A stretch of DNA of 32,628 nt, taken from contig JANTGL010000003.1 of the NCBI GenBank assembly GCA_024762915.1, positions 1 to 32,628 on the forward strand. Direction: 5' to 3'. Positions 10,470-18,634 of the stretch are shown one piece after another. The first letter of the stretch is position 1; each line of letters begins with the position of its first letter. Origin of the DNA: Bacteroidales bacterium. Lineage in GTDB: Bacteria; Bacteroidota; Bacteroidia; Bacteroidales; JAADGE01. The notes below the pieces were generated by a model that saw only the letters and a program-made list of their open reading frames with translations, was not told where the DNA came from and did not search any database. A program made the position numbers and the translations under genes.

Positions 10470-12287
10470 TTGAAAAAGCTTAAGAAAATATTAAAATATC
10501 TGGTTCCGTATTACGGCAATATTATTCTGAATTTTATTCTGAATTTATTTCAAATCATTTTTTCGGTTTTTTCATTGCTCATGATTATTCCTTTTTTACG
10601 CGTATTATTCGGGCAGGAAGAAATCGTTACCGTTAAGCCTGATTTGACTTTTTCCGGTAACGCTTTTAATGAATGGATAAATTATTATCTCGGACATGTT
10701 ATCGAAACATACGGAAAAAAAGAAGCTTTACTGGTTGTCAGCGGTTTTGTAGTCCTAATGATTTTATTGAAGAATATTTTATTCTATTTCTCGAAATTTG
10801 TGATGGTTCCTGTCAGAAACGGTGTCATTCGAGATATGAGAAATACCATATACAAGAAAATTCTGGAACTTCAATTTTCATATTTTACCGAAGAACGAAA
10901 GGGGGATATTATCAGTAAAATGACCAACGATTTAAAAGAAATTGAATGGACCATTATGACTTCGGTTGAGATGCTTATTCGTAATCCATTGACAATCATT
11001 GTGTACTTGGTTACTTTAATTTTTATGAGCCCGCAATTGACGGTTTTTGTTTTAATCCTGATTCCGGTAAGCGGAGCCATTATCGGAACAATCGGTCGAT
11101 CCTTAAAAAAGACTTCCAGAAAAGCCCAAGATCAAATGGGAACCCTTCTTTCCAAAATAGAAGAAACACTTTCCGGATTAAGAATTATTAAAGCTTTTAC
11201 GGCAGAAAATTTTGTTTTTAAAAGTTTTTTTAATTTTAACGAAGCATATAATAACACCATGAATAGAGTGTATCGTAAGAATTATTTAGCTTCTCCGATG
11301 AGCGAATTCTTGGGTGTTTTAATGATAACCGGAATTATGTATTACGGAGGGTCCTTAGTATTGAGAAATCAAGGCACACTTTCTCCGGAAGCATTTATCG
11401 GCTATATTGCCGTTTTTTCTCAGATTATTAATCCTGCAAAAGCATTTTCAACAGCCGTTTACAATGTTCAAAAAGGGGCTGCATCCATCGACCGAATTAA
11501 CATTATTCTTGAAGCCAAAAATACCATTATAGAAAAAGAAAATGCAAAATCCGTTAATTCTTTTGAAAAAGAAATTGAATTTTCTGATGTTTCGTTTGCC
11601 TATGAAAATACAAATGTTCTGAAAAATATCAATTTAAAAGTTAAAAAAGGGCAAACCATTGCACTGGTCGGTCAATCCGGTTCGGGAAAATCGACTTTGG
11701 CAGATTTAATTCCGCGCTTTTACGAGGTTTCGGATGGCGAAATTAAAATTGACGGAATTAATATCAAGGATCTGAAAATTAATGAGCTGCGGGATATTAT
11801 GGGCAATGTTAATCAGGAACCGATTTTATTTAATGATACCATCAGAAATAATATTGCATTCGGTTCTGAAAATGTTTCGGATGAAAAGATTATTGAAGCG
11901 GCAAAAATTGCCAACGCTCATGATTTTATATTACAAACGGAGGCCGGATATGAAACCGGTATCGGTGATCGGGGAACAAAATTATCCGGCGGACAAAGGC
12001 AACGTTTGAGTATCGCTCGAGCCGTGCTTAAAAATCCGCCGATTATGATTTTAGACGAAGCAACCTCTTCTTTGGATACCGAATCCGAAAGGGCTGTTCA
12101 GGATGCACTTGATAAGTTGATGCAAAACAGAACTTCTGTGGTTATTGCACACCGACTTTCAACCATCAGGAATGCCGATTTAATTTGTGTGTTGCATAAG
12201 GGTGAAATTATTGAAAGAGGCACGCATGATGAATTGATAAATCTTAAAGGCAATTATAAAAAACTATACGATTTGCAAATTTTTTAA
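10470..12287 (+). CDS. msbA: MsbA-like ABC exporter (TMD + NBD)
   Basis: TTG start; TMD followed by GQSGSGKS, LSGGQRQR, ILDEATSSLD, IAHRLST. The msbA symbol is inferred from similarity and context. Confidence 0.8.
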   Translation: MKKLKKILKYLVPYYGNIILNFILNLFQIIFSVFSLLMIIPFLRVLFGQEEIVTVKPDLTFSGNAFNEWINYYLGHVIETYGKKEALLVVSGFVVLMILLKNILFYFSKFVMVPVRNGVIRDMRNTIYKKILELQFSYFTEERKGDIISKMTNDLKEIEWTIMTSVEMLIRNPLTIIVYLVTLIFMSPQLTVFVLILIPVSGAIIGTIGRSLKKTSRKAQDQMGTLLSKIEETLSGLRIIKAFTAENFVFKSFFNFNEAYNNTMNRVYRKNYLASPMSEFLGVLMITGIMYYGGSLVLRNQGTLSPEAFIGYIAVFSQIINPAKAFSTAVYNVQKGAASIDRINIILEAKNTIIEKENAKSVNSFEKEIEFSDVSFAYENTNVLKNINLKVKKGQTIALVGQSGSGKSTLADLIPRFYEVSDGEIKIDGINIKDLKINELRDIMGNVNQEPILFNDTIRNNIAFGSENVSDEKIIEAAKIANAHDFILQTEAGYETGIGDRGTKLSGGQRQRLSIARAVLKNPPIMILDEATSSLDTESERAVQDALDKLMQNRTSVVIAHRLSTIRNADLICVLHKGEIIERGTHDELINLKGNYKKLYDLQIF

Positions 12288-12310
12288 AACCGAATTTAAA
12301 TTCAAATTTT

Positions 12311-12318
12311 TATTTTTG
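12311..12318 (+). promoter_or_regulatory. -7 promoter element for recN
   Basis: TATTTTTG, 9 nt before the ATG (very short leader). Confidence 0.45.
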
Positions 12319-12327
12319 TGAAATAAA

Positions 12328-13983
12328 ATGCTGAAACACCTTTCCATACAAAATTATGCTTTAATTGAAGCACTTGAAATTGATTTCGATGCCGGTTATT
12401 CTGCCATTACCGGAGAAACCGGAGCGGGAAAATCCATTTTACTCGGAGCTTTGTCCTTAATTTTGGGAAATCGAGCCGAAACAAATGTTCTTAAAAATAA
12501 AGAAAAAAAATGTTCGGTTGAAGCCGAATTTGATATTCAACGCTATTCTTTGAAAGTTTTTTTTGATAATAATGATATCGATTATGATGAAATTACAATC
12601 ATCAGAAGAGAAATAATGCCCGGCGGACGTTCGCGTGCTTTTGTGAATGATACACCCGTAAATTTGAATGTGTTAAAAGAACTCAGCGAACATCTGACTG
12701 ATATTCATTCGCAACATCAAAATTTGCATTTAAACGATAAACAATTTCAATTAAATGTTCTCGATGCTTTTGCAAAATTGTTTCCTTTGCTGGAGACTTA
12801 CCAAGTAAATTATCGCAATTATCTGAAAATCAGAAAAGAATATCAGCAACTCATTCAACGTGCCGAAAAAGAAAAAGCCGATTTTGACTTTTTACAATTT
12901 CAATTTGACGAATTGGAAGAGGCTAAATTAAAAGCCGAGGAACAGTCCGACATCGAAAGCGAGCTTCGAGAACTGAATCACGCAGAAGAAATAAAAGAAA
13001 ATCTGTCGACTGCTTTTGTATTATTATCCGAAGAAGAAAACGGTGTTATTACAAAGCTGCGTGAAAGTATCACATCCTTAAAAAATATTCAAAAGTTTTT
13101 CGATAAAGCAAAATTTTTAACCGAAAGATTAGAAAGTGCCAAAATTGAGACGGATGATATTGCACACGAATTGGAAATCCTTTCCGAAGATGTCGAGCAC
13201 AATCCCGAACGTGCCGAATTTTTGAAAGAACGTATTGATATGATTTATGCACTGCAAACCAAACACAAAGTTGAAAGTGTTGAAGAACTTATAAAATTGA
13301 AAGACGATTTGCAGGCAAAATTAGATGATATTACATCTTTCGACACCCAAATTTCGGAAAAGAAAGAAACTTTACAGAAACAAGAACAAAAATTAAGCGA
13401 TTTAGCCGATCAATTATCAAAGGGCAGGAGTGAGACATCCGGAAACTTGGAACTACAAATTATTGACATCCTAAGGCGCTTGGGAATGCCTTCGGCAAAG
13501 TTTAAAATACAAATTGAACCAACCGACGGTTTCACCGAATACGGAAAAGATCGTGTCAGTTTTTTATTTTCATCCGTCAAACATTCTGAGGTTCAGGAAA
13601 TTGCAAATATTGCGTCGGGCGGTGAAATTTCACGATTAATGTTAAGCATCAAATCCGTTATTGCCGACAGCATTGCTTTGCCTGCCATTATTTTTGATGA
13701 AATCGATACCGGCGTATCCGGAGAAATTGCCGAAAAAATTGGGCAAATAATGAAAGAAATGTCCGACAATATGCAGGTTATCAGTATTACCCATCTTCCG
13801 CAAGTTGCCGCAAAAGCCGATTTTCACTACAAAGTTTATAAAATCGAAGACGAATTTAATACCCGCACCGATATTAAAAGATTAAATTTGGAGGAACGCA
13901 TCAAAGAATTGGCAACCATGCTCAGCGGTGAAAATATTACTGATGCAGCCATTCGAAATGCCGAAGAGTTGTTGAGGGAGTAA
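12328..13983 (+). CDS. recN: DNA repair protein RecN
   Basis: ITGETGAGKS, GRSRAFVND, DIHSQHQ, coiled coil, ASGGEISR, IFDEIDTGVSG, ITHLPQVAA. Confidence 0.97.
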   Translation: MLKHLSIQNYALIEALEIDFDAGYSAITGETGAGKSILLGALSLILGNRAETNVLKNKEKKCSVEAEFDIQRYSLKVFFDNNDIDYDEITIIRREIMPGGRSRAFVNDTPVNLNVLKELSEHLTDIHSQHQNLHLNDKQFQLNVLDAFAKLFPLLETYQVNYRNYLKIRKEYQQLIQRAEKEKADFDFLQFQFDELEEAKLKAEEQSDIESELRELNHAEEIKENLSTAFVLLSEEENGVITKLRESITSLKNIQKFFDKAKFLTERLESAKIETDDIAHELEILSEDVEHNPERAEFLKERIDMIYALQTKHKVESVEELIKLKDDLQAKLDDITSFDTQISEKKETLQKQEQKLSDLADQLSKGRSETSGNLELQIIDILRRLGMPSAKFKIQIEPTDGFTEYGKDRVSFLFSSVKHSEVQEIANIASGGEISRLMLSIKSVIADSIALPAIIFDEIDTGVSGEIAEKIGQIMKEMSDNMQVISITHLPQVAAKADFHYKVYKIEDEFNTRTDIKRLNLEERIKELATMLSGENITDAAIRNAEELLRE

Positions 13984-14178
13984 ATTGTTGTTAATTTATA
14001 CCAATATTTCGTAAATATTTCACTTATCATAACCTGTCCGATTCACAATTTGTCGGAAATTTTATTATTCCGTTAGAGAAATTGTCAGTAATGTCGTAAA
14101 AAAATAAATTCCGATGTGTCGGTAAATAATATCGGAAAATTTATCTTCGATGAACCTTTTATTTTTTATCATAATAAT

Positions 14179-14205
14179 TTTTGATTTATAACAAATAAAT
14201 CAAAA
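14179..14205. promoter_or_regulatory. palindromic operator candidate
   Basis: TTTTGATTTAT-aacaa-ATAAATCAAAA perfect 11-bp inverted repeat immediately upstream of a -7 box. Confidence 0.5.
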
Positions 14206-14214
14206 TAACTTATT

Positions 14215-14222
14215 TAAATTTG
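14215..14222 (+). promoter_or_regulatory. -7 promoter element for the OmpA-family gene
   Basis: TAAATTTG, 51 nt upstream of ATG 14274. Confidence 0.5.
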
Positions 14223-14273
14223 TGTTTAATATAACAAAATACATTTATTAATTTAAAAAAAGGAGCGTTTAAA

Positions 14274-15725
14274 ATGAAAAAAACAGCATTGATTTTTACG
14301 TTTGTTGCAATGATGATTTCAGTAAATCTTTTTGCACAAAGAACTTCAGATATTGACGGCAGTAAAGATTATCCGGCGATTTCACGATTTGAAGGATCTG
14401 TTATTGAGTTTTATAAAGTTACGAAATCTGATAAATATAAAATACCTTTAAATTTTGAAAAAGGAAATTTGGATTTTGTAAATCCGGTAACAGTTGAAGG
14501 GAAAGTAATCAGAATTCAATATTCCGTAAGTCCGGATAATAATACTTCTTATGTTGTAAAATCAATTAAGTCCTCACTTATTAAAGAGGGCTTTAAGGTG
14601 ATTTTTGCAAAATCTAATGATGAAATGGTCATAGGTTCGAAAGCTTTTTCAAGAACATACTATAACAGACTTAATAATAAAATATTCGGCTTTGCCTATG
14701 GTACAGAAGGAAAAGATCAAGCTTTTATTATTGCAAAAAAAGAAAATGAAGGAAAAGGAATATTTGCTTGTATTTATATTTCCGGTTTCGATAATACAAC
14801 ATTAATTACACAAGATGTAATTGAAGCAGAGTCTGTTACTAAAATAAAAGAAAATTCTTTAATAACTGATTTCAAGGGAGCAATAAAGTTTTATCGACAA
14901 AAAACAAAATGGAATACTTATATGGTCCCCGTTGGAAAAAAAGCATACAGCGGCTGGAGTAAAAAGATAAAAGCAGAAGGTGAAATTACTCGTACACAGT
15001 ATATTACATCTAAAGATGATAATCCTTCTTTCATTTATATGAATTACAACGAAGCGCTCAAAAAATCAAATTGGAACATATTATTCGGCGGCAGCGGTTC
15101 TTCAGAACTCGGTTACGATTCTTATGAATGGCAATATGCTATGTTTCAAGAAGGATTTAAACAAGGAGATAAATTCGGCGATAAATTGGGATTTCGAGCA
15201 AACGATCGTTCTAAATACGCCTATATAGCTGCTGAATTTGAAGATTTAGATACGCTTTATTATGCCGTCATTTATATTATTGATAAAGGTTGGGGAACCA
15301 TGATTAATCAAGATGTTATAAAATCTAAAAAACCGGATGTCGGGCTTGTTACGGCAAAAATGCTGACCGAGAAAATAAATAAGCAAGGGCATCTTTCTTT
15401 AGAGGGTATTTTCTTTGAAACAGGAAAAGCTGCCTTAACTTCCCAATCAGATGCTGCTTTAAAGAATATTTCTGAATATCTTAATTCGCATAAAGATAAA
15501 AAATTCTTCATTGTAGGACATACCGATAATGTGGGTGATTTTGCATCAAATATGACTTTGTCCGAAAACAGAGCTAAGGCCGTAATGACTGAATTGACAA
15601 CAAAATACGGTGCGGATGCCGCTCAATTAAAAGCATACGGTGTTGCTGATTTAGCACCTGTGGTTTCTAATTCTACGGATGCCGGAAAAGCCAGGAACAG
15701 AAGAGTGGAAATCGTTGAACAATAA
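14274..15725 (+). CDS. OmpA-family peptidoglycan-binding protein with two tandem DUF4892-like domains
   Basis: SPI signal (..NLFA|Q); N-terminus DIDGSKDYPAISRFEGS; internal repeat; C-terminal OmpA domain (GIFFETGKA, IVGHTDNVG, LSENRAKAV, RNRRVEIV). Confidence 0.87.
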   Translation: MKKTALIFTFVAMMISVNLFAQRTSDIDGSKDYPAISRFEGSVIEFYKVTKSDKYKIPLNFEKGNLDFVNPVTVEGKVIRIQYSVSPDNNTSYVVKSIKSSLIKEGFKVIFAKSNDEMVIGSKAFSRTYYNRLNNKIFGFAYGTEGKDQAFIIAKKENEGKGIFACIYISGFDNTTLITQDVIEAESVTKIKENSLITDFKGAIKFYRQKTKWNTYMVPVGKKAYSGWSKKIKAEGEITRTQYITSKDDNPSFIYMNYNEALKKSNWNILFGGSGSSELGYDSYEWQYAMFQEGFKQGDKFGDKLGFRANDRSKYAYIAAEFEDLDTLYYAVIYIIDKGWGTMINQDVIKSKKPDVGLVTAKMLTEKINKQGHLSLEGIFFETGKAALTSQSDAALKNISEYLNSHKDKKFFIVGHTDNVGDFASNMTLSENRAKAVMTELTTKYGADAAQLKAYGVADLAPVVSNSTDAGKARNRRVEIVEQ

Positions 15726-15747
15726 ATTAATACAGCAAAAATCTAAT

Positions 15748-15786
15748 ACTTTAACTCGCAAATTTTATGCGAGTTAAAGTTATTTT
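15748..15786. terminator. probable bidirectional intrinsic terminator between convergent OmpA gene and phoH
   Basis: ACTTTAACTCGCA-aatttta-TGCGAGTTAAAGT perfect 13-bp stem followed by TATTTT. Confidence 0.8.
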
Positions 15787-16718
15787 TAATCCTCCTTCTC
15801 AAATGCCTCAACAATAGGAGCAACCAGAGGATGTCGCACAATATCTTCTTTTTTAAAATCAACAAATCCGATGCCTTTAATGCCTTTCAGAATTTTATAA
15901 ACTTTAACCAAACCGGAATGTGTTTTTTTCGGTAAATCAATTTGTGTCATATCGCCGGTAACGATGAATTTTGAATTTCCGCCCATGCGGGTTAAAAACA
16001 TTTTCAATTGCGGGATACTGGTGTTTTGTGCTTCATCCAAAACCACGACGGCATCGCTGAGAGTACGACCTCGCATGTATGCCAAAGGAGCAATTTGTAT
16101 CGTTCCTTTTTCCATCAACTTATTCAGTTTATTCCCGGGTAAAATGTCAAGCAGTGCATCGTAAAGTGCTTGTAAATAGGGGTCTAATTTATCTTTTAAA
16201 TCTCCCGGAAGGAATCCCAAATTTTCGCCGGCTTCCACGGCGGGGCGACTTAAAATAATACGCTTTATTTCATTGTTTTTTAATGCTCTCACGGCAAGTG
16301 CCACGGCAAGATAAGTCTTTCCGGTTCCGGCCGGTCCCGTTGCAAAAATCAAGTCTTTTTCTTCATATAATTTGACGAATTTTTTTTGATTTTCGGAACG
16401 CGGAGAAATCGGTTTGCCGTTATTTCCGTATATGATAATGTTTTTTGATTTTGAAGCGGGTTTTATTTTGTCTTGGAATATAAGTTCTATTTCTTTAATA
16501 TTCAGTTGATTGTATTTTTCCAGTCGAAGTTTTAAATTTTCCGTAAAAGAATTGAATGCCTCAACTTCTGTTTTTTCTCCGGAAACTTTTATTTCATCAC
16601 CTCTGAAAACCAGTTTAAGTTTCGGAAATAAAGTTTTTATGCGGTCAATGTTTTTACTGTCATTTCCGTAAAAATCAATCAGCGAATCCGGGTCTAAATA
16701 TATTTTTTTTTCAATCAT
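15786..16718 (-). CDS. phoH: PhoH-family ATPase (YbeZ-like, with N-terminal KH-like domain)
   Basis: GPAGTGKT, SRPAVEAGENLGFLPGDL, YMRGRTL, LDEAQN, TGDMTQIDLP, DIVRHPLV. Confidence 0.95.
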   Translation of the reverse strand: MIEKKIYLDPDSLIDFYGNDSKNIDRIKTLFPKLKLVFRGDEIKVSGEKTEVEAFNSFTENLKLRLEKYNQLNIKEIELIFQDKIKPASKSKNIIIYGNNGKPISPRSENQKKFVKLYEEKDLIFATGPAGTGKTYLAVALAVRALKNNEIKRIILSRPAVEAGENLGFLPGDLKDKLDPYLQALYDALLDILPGNKLNKLMEKGTIQIAPLAYMRGRTLSDAVVVLDEAQNTSIPQLKMFLTRMGGNSKFIVTGDMTQIDLPKKTHSGLVKVYKILKGIKGIGFVDFKKEDIVRHPLVAPIVEAFEKED

Positions 16719-16725
16719 TAAGTAA

Positions 16726-16747
16726 TAATTTTGCGTTTACAAAGTAA
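16726..16747. promoter_or_regulatory. overlapping promoter elements in the divergent phoH / DUF62 gap
   Basis: TAATTTTG on + (16726-16733); near-match TTACTTTG on - (16740-16747). Confidence 0.4.
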
Positions 16748-16773
16748 ATATATTTTTCATTTAATACGAAAGC

Positions 16774-17556
16774 TTGCCGGTAATAACTCTAATATCTGAC
16801 AGAAGTGCTGATGATTTTTTTCTCGGCAGATTAAGAGGTAAAATATTGACTGCCTGTAAGGATGTGAATATCATCGATTTAGCTCACAATATAGGACATC
16901 ACAGTATTTCGCGTGCCGCATTTATTTTAAAAAACAGCTGGCGTGATTTTCCGGATAAAACAATCCATTTAATCGGTGTTGACAGTGAATGTAACGGAAA
17001 GCGAAAACATTTAATAGCCGAAATAAATAATCAATATTTTATTGCTGCGGATAACGGCTTGTTGAGTCTGGTTTTTGAACCTTCCGAATTAAAAAAGATT
17101 ATAAAAATTGAACTGTGTAAAGCAAATATTAAAATGACACCGGCTTTATTTTTATTTGCCGATGCCGCTTGTGAAATTATTAAAGGCAAAAAAATTGAAG
17201 CATTCGGTAAGGTGAGTTCTGATATAAAACGTATGCTGGCGATAAAACCTGTTTTCGATACTGCGTATATTCTGGGAAATCTGGTTTATACGGACAGTTA
17301 CGGCAATGCAGTTTCTAATATCTCTTTTGATTTGTTTCAGGAAGTTGCAGCCGGCAGATCCTATAAAATTTTTGCAGGCAGTTCCGGTTATATAATTAAT
17401 ACAATAAGTTTACGCTATCAGGATGTGGAAGAAGGCGATTTAGCCGCTGTTTTTAATTCGCTGGGTTTGCTTGAAATAGCGATGAATAAAGGCGATTTGG
17501 CAAATTTGTTGAATTTTGACAATAATACAAAAATCAGAATAGAATTTTATGATTAA
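16774..17556 (+). CDS. DUF62 / SAM hydroxide adenosyltransferase (SAM-dependent chlorinase/fluorinase) family protein, divergent
   Basis: TTG start; ITLISD, IIDLAH, FPDKTIHLIGVD, FIAADNGLL, YTDSYGNAVSNI, FNSLGLLEIAMN. Confidence 0.88.
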   Translation: MPVITLISDRSADDFFLGRLRGKILTACKDVNIIDLAHNIGHHSISRAAFILKNSWRDFPDKTIHLIGVDSECNGKRKHLIAEINNQYFIAADNGLLSLVFEPSELKKIIKIELCKANIKMTPALFLFADAACEIIKGKKIEAFGKVSSDIKRMLAIKPVFDTAYILGNLVYTDSYGNAVSNISFDLFQEVAAGRSYKIFAGSSGYIINTISLRYQDVEEGDLAAVFNSLGLLEIAMNKGDLANLLNFDNNTKIRIEFYD

Positions 17557-18634
17557 ACGCATTGTAAAAATGATTTTCCGAAAGGAAAATATTGAAGATT
17601 TTATCAATTTTACGGATGAAATTAAAGAAACAATAAAAAGTCATGAAGGATGCTTGCATCTTGATATTCTGCAGGATAAAAAACATCCGGAAATATTTTT
17701 TACTTACAGTTGTTGGAATTCGGAAGAGAATTTGGAAAACTATCGAAAATCCGATTTTTTTAATAATATTTGGCCTCAAACGAAAAAGTGGTTCGCCGAA
17801 AAACCGATGGCCTGGAGTACCGAAGTTGTTCATATAAACGGTGTTTTAAGCCAACTCGAAGAAAAATTTGTTGCCTTTGAACGCATTCTCGGAATAATGG
17901 ATAAAATTCGTAAAGAATGCCCGTGGGATTCGACACAAACGAATGAAAGTTTACGTTCCTTAACGATTGAAGAAACCTATGAATTGGCTGAAGCCGTGAT
18001 AAAAGATGATGCCGGAAACATTAAGAAAGAACTTGGTGATTTGTTTCTGCATATTATTTTTTATGCAAAAATTGCCGAAGAAAAACAACAATTTGATATT
18101 GCCGATGTCTTTAATTCCCTTTCTGATAAGTTGATATACAGGCATCCGCATGTGTTCGGAGATATCGAAGTTGAGAATAAAGAAGAGGTAGAAACAAATT
18201 GGGAAGCTTTAAAATTAAAAGAAAAAGCCAACGGAAATAATCAAACGGTTTTAGGCGGTATTCCGCAATCTTTACCTGCAATGATAAAAGCCGTGAGAAT
18301 GCAGGAAAAGGCAAGAGGAGTAGGATTTGATTGGGAAGAAAAAGAGCAGGTTTGGGATAAAGTGAAAGAAGAATTGGGCGAATTTGAGGATGAATTAAAA
18401 GCCGGCAACGATAAAAAAGCCGAAGAAGAATTCGGCGATGTTTTGTTTGCAATGATTAATGCGGCTCGCCTCTACGGTATTGATCCGGAAAGTGCTTTGG
18501 AACGCACCAATCAAAAATTTATAAAACGCTTTAATTATCTTGAAAAACATACTTTAAAGAAAGGGAAGTCCTTAAAAAAAATGACTTTGGATGAGATGGA
18601 AGCGGTTTGGCAGGAAGCAAAAAAGGAAGAATAA
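17549..18634 (+). CDS. mazG: fusion of ABM (putative quinol monooxygenase) domain and nucleoside triphosphate pyrophosphohydrolase MazG
   Basis: aa1-94 ABM (RIVKMIF..EGCLHL..FFTYSCW..LENYRKS..KPMAWS); aa~100-361 two-domain MazG (CPWD, IEETYE, ELGD, RHPHVF, GFDW, EELGE, EFGD). Confidence 0.9.
   Translation: MIKRIVKMIFRKENIEDFINFTDEIKETIKSHEGCLHLDILQDKKHPEIFFTYSCWNSEENLENYRKSDFFNNIWPQTKKWFAEKPMAWSTEVVHINGVLSQLEEKFVAFERILGIMDKIRKECPWDSTQTNESLRSLTIEETYELAEAVIKDDAGNIKKELGDLFLHIIFYAKIAEEKQQFDIADVFNSLSDKLIYRHPHVFGDIEVENKEEVETNWEALKLKEKANGNNQTVLGGIPQSLPAMIKAVRMQEKARGVGFDWEEKEQVWDKVKEELGEFEDELKAGNDKKAEEEFGDVLFAMINAARLYGIDPESALERTNQKFIKRFNYLEKHTLKKGKSLKKMTLDEMEAVWQEAKKEE

Noticed and set aside
14035-14137. 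CRISPR array, iterons or a known riboswitch in the recN-OmpA gap
   Set aside because: Repeats are only 6 nt, degenerate and irregularly spaced; no riboswitch consensus recognised
14181-14203. FNR box
   Set aside because: TTGAT and ATCAA are 13 nt apart instead of 4
13984-15780. OmpA gene region as a mobile cassette or island
   Set aside because: No integrase, transposase, attC, terminal repeats or target duplication seen; it shares the host CGG bias and Q-rule
74-16718. Functional phoH-pgpH linkage as in the Bacillus operon
   Set aside because: The genes are over 13 kb apart on opposite strands and ybeY is absent; likely coincidence
16774-17556. Fluorinase/chlorinase natural-product cluster
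   Set aside because: Halide-pocket loop is not conserved, no biosynthetic genes nearby, housekeeping context
17549-18634. MazG as part of a toxin-antitoxin or anti-phage system
   Set aside because: It is the two-domain housekeeping type; no mazEF or defence genes adjacent
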